Shown piece by piece: positions 63,360-64,000 of a stretch of DNA of 64,000 bases. How positions within the stretch are numbered: the first letter of the stretch is position 1; each line of letters begins with the position of its first letter. The stretch covers positions 60,003 through 124,002 of the forward strand of contig JBJOKS010000016.1 of NCBI GenBank assembly GCA_046045965.1, read 5' to 3'. Both the position numbers and the translations under genes were made by a program. The stretch is from Cyanobacteriota bacterium (GTDB taxonomy: Bacteria; Cyanobacteriota; Cyanobacteriia; Cyanobacteriales; Nostocaceae). The notes under the pieces were generated by a model. The model saw only the letters and a list, made by a program, of their open reading frames with translations. It was not told the origin of the DNA and made no database searches.

Positions 63360-63560
63360 TCACCTGTCACTTAACTTAATCCCCAAAACCTGAGTAGAAG
63401 CACCTCTAGCTTGAGTTACGCCAATTGTGCGTTCGGCTGATTCTATTATCGGACGGCGCAAACTGACAACAATCAACTGTGCTTGTTGTGCTTGTTGTTT
63501 TATCATTCTAGCTAATCGTTCCACATTTGACCGATCTAAAAATATATCTACTTCATCAAT
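63360..63560 (-). pseudogene. smc: Orphan 3'-terminal fragment of smc
   Basis: Manual translation [62 protein letters not shown] matches the SMC Walker B/D-loop to C-terminus; in-frame stop just upstream. Confidence 0.8.
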
Positions 63561-63707
63561 TGAGATTTTTTCAGACTGTCATAGTTAGAGCAATAGTATC
63601 CTCCTGTGGTCGCATCTATGTTAAGCTAGGTGGTTATAATAAGTTTAAATGCTCAAATTGCGAACATTATCCTCAATCAGCGACGCTAAGGCAGGGAGCT
63701 AATTATC

Positions 63708-63893
63708 ATGTATCAAATAGATCCACCATTATCTCCTCAAGAAGCATTGCCAACCATGTATGATTTACCCAGTGAAAATCAGGAGGAACCAGGATTGCCG
63801 GATGAATTTCACCTATTACAACCTGAATTATTACGCATTACGTTTCGTCCACCTACATATACTGAAGATAATATATTAGGACTTACGCATTGA
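63708..63893 (+). pseudogene. Uma2-family endonuclease truncated by an insertion
   Basis: LPTMYDLPSE..EEPGLPDEFHLLQPELL..TFRPP N-terminus, which ends abruptly at AGGACTTACGCA. Confidence 0.75.
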
Positions 63894-64000
63894 CAAAGTA
63901 GGAAAATAGTGTATTGATAAAAAGTGTCATCTACTCAACAGGTATCGGACAATCAGAAAAATCAGTAAACCCTCGACAGCGCAATGCAATCTGGAACATT
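63878..64000. mobile_element. Probable IS/MITE terminus (AGGACTTACGCA), element continues beyond window
   Basis: Coincides with the Uma2 breakpoint; a near-identical AGAACTTACGCA occurs at 44666-44677; recalled as a common cyanobacterial IS terminal repeat. Confidence 0.55.

Overview
A 64-kb stretch of a heterocyst-type cyanobacterial (Nostocales-like) chromosome, judged from frequent HIP1 (GCGATCGC) sites, 7-bp STRR arrays, low GC and gene content. Core genes include a Rieske protein, ntcB-cnaT, panD, ppa, aspA, pgsA, a GT-WcaJ-gmd-fcl block, tRNA-Cys, cpcT, pstSCAB with a Pho box, lysC, miaE, acnB, wecB and pilT. These are interleaved with accessory material: toxin-antitoxin pairs, DUF29/Uma2 genes, a candidate type II R-M pair, a DUF262+HEPN pair, a DUF928-TpsA-CHAT module, MITEs and IS remnants. 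The most striking region is 53.8-59.8 kb. It holds two exported thioredoxin-fold paralogues with tandem (NPCAGK)n/(NPCAAK)n cysteine arrays, a CcdA/DsbD transporter, a thioredoxin reductase plus thioredoxin resembling a split NTRC, and an ECF sigma/RskA-type anti-sigma pair. One motif, AATCC-N14-AGTCGTC, lies upstream of both paralogues and of the sigma gene. This reads as a self-contained, autoregulated NADPH-to-envelope reducing relay feeding a polycysteine tail; the function is inferred, not demonstrated. All family assignments come from motif recognition, not database searches.
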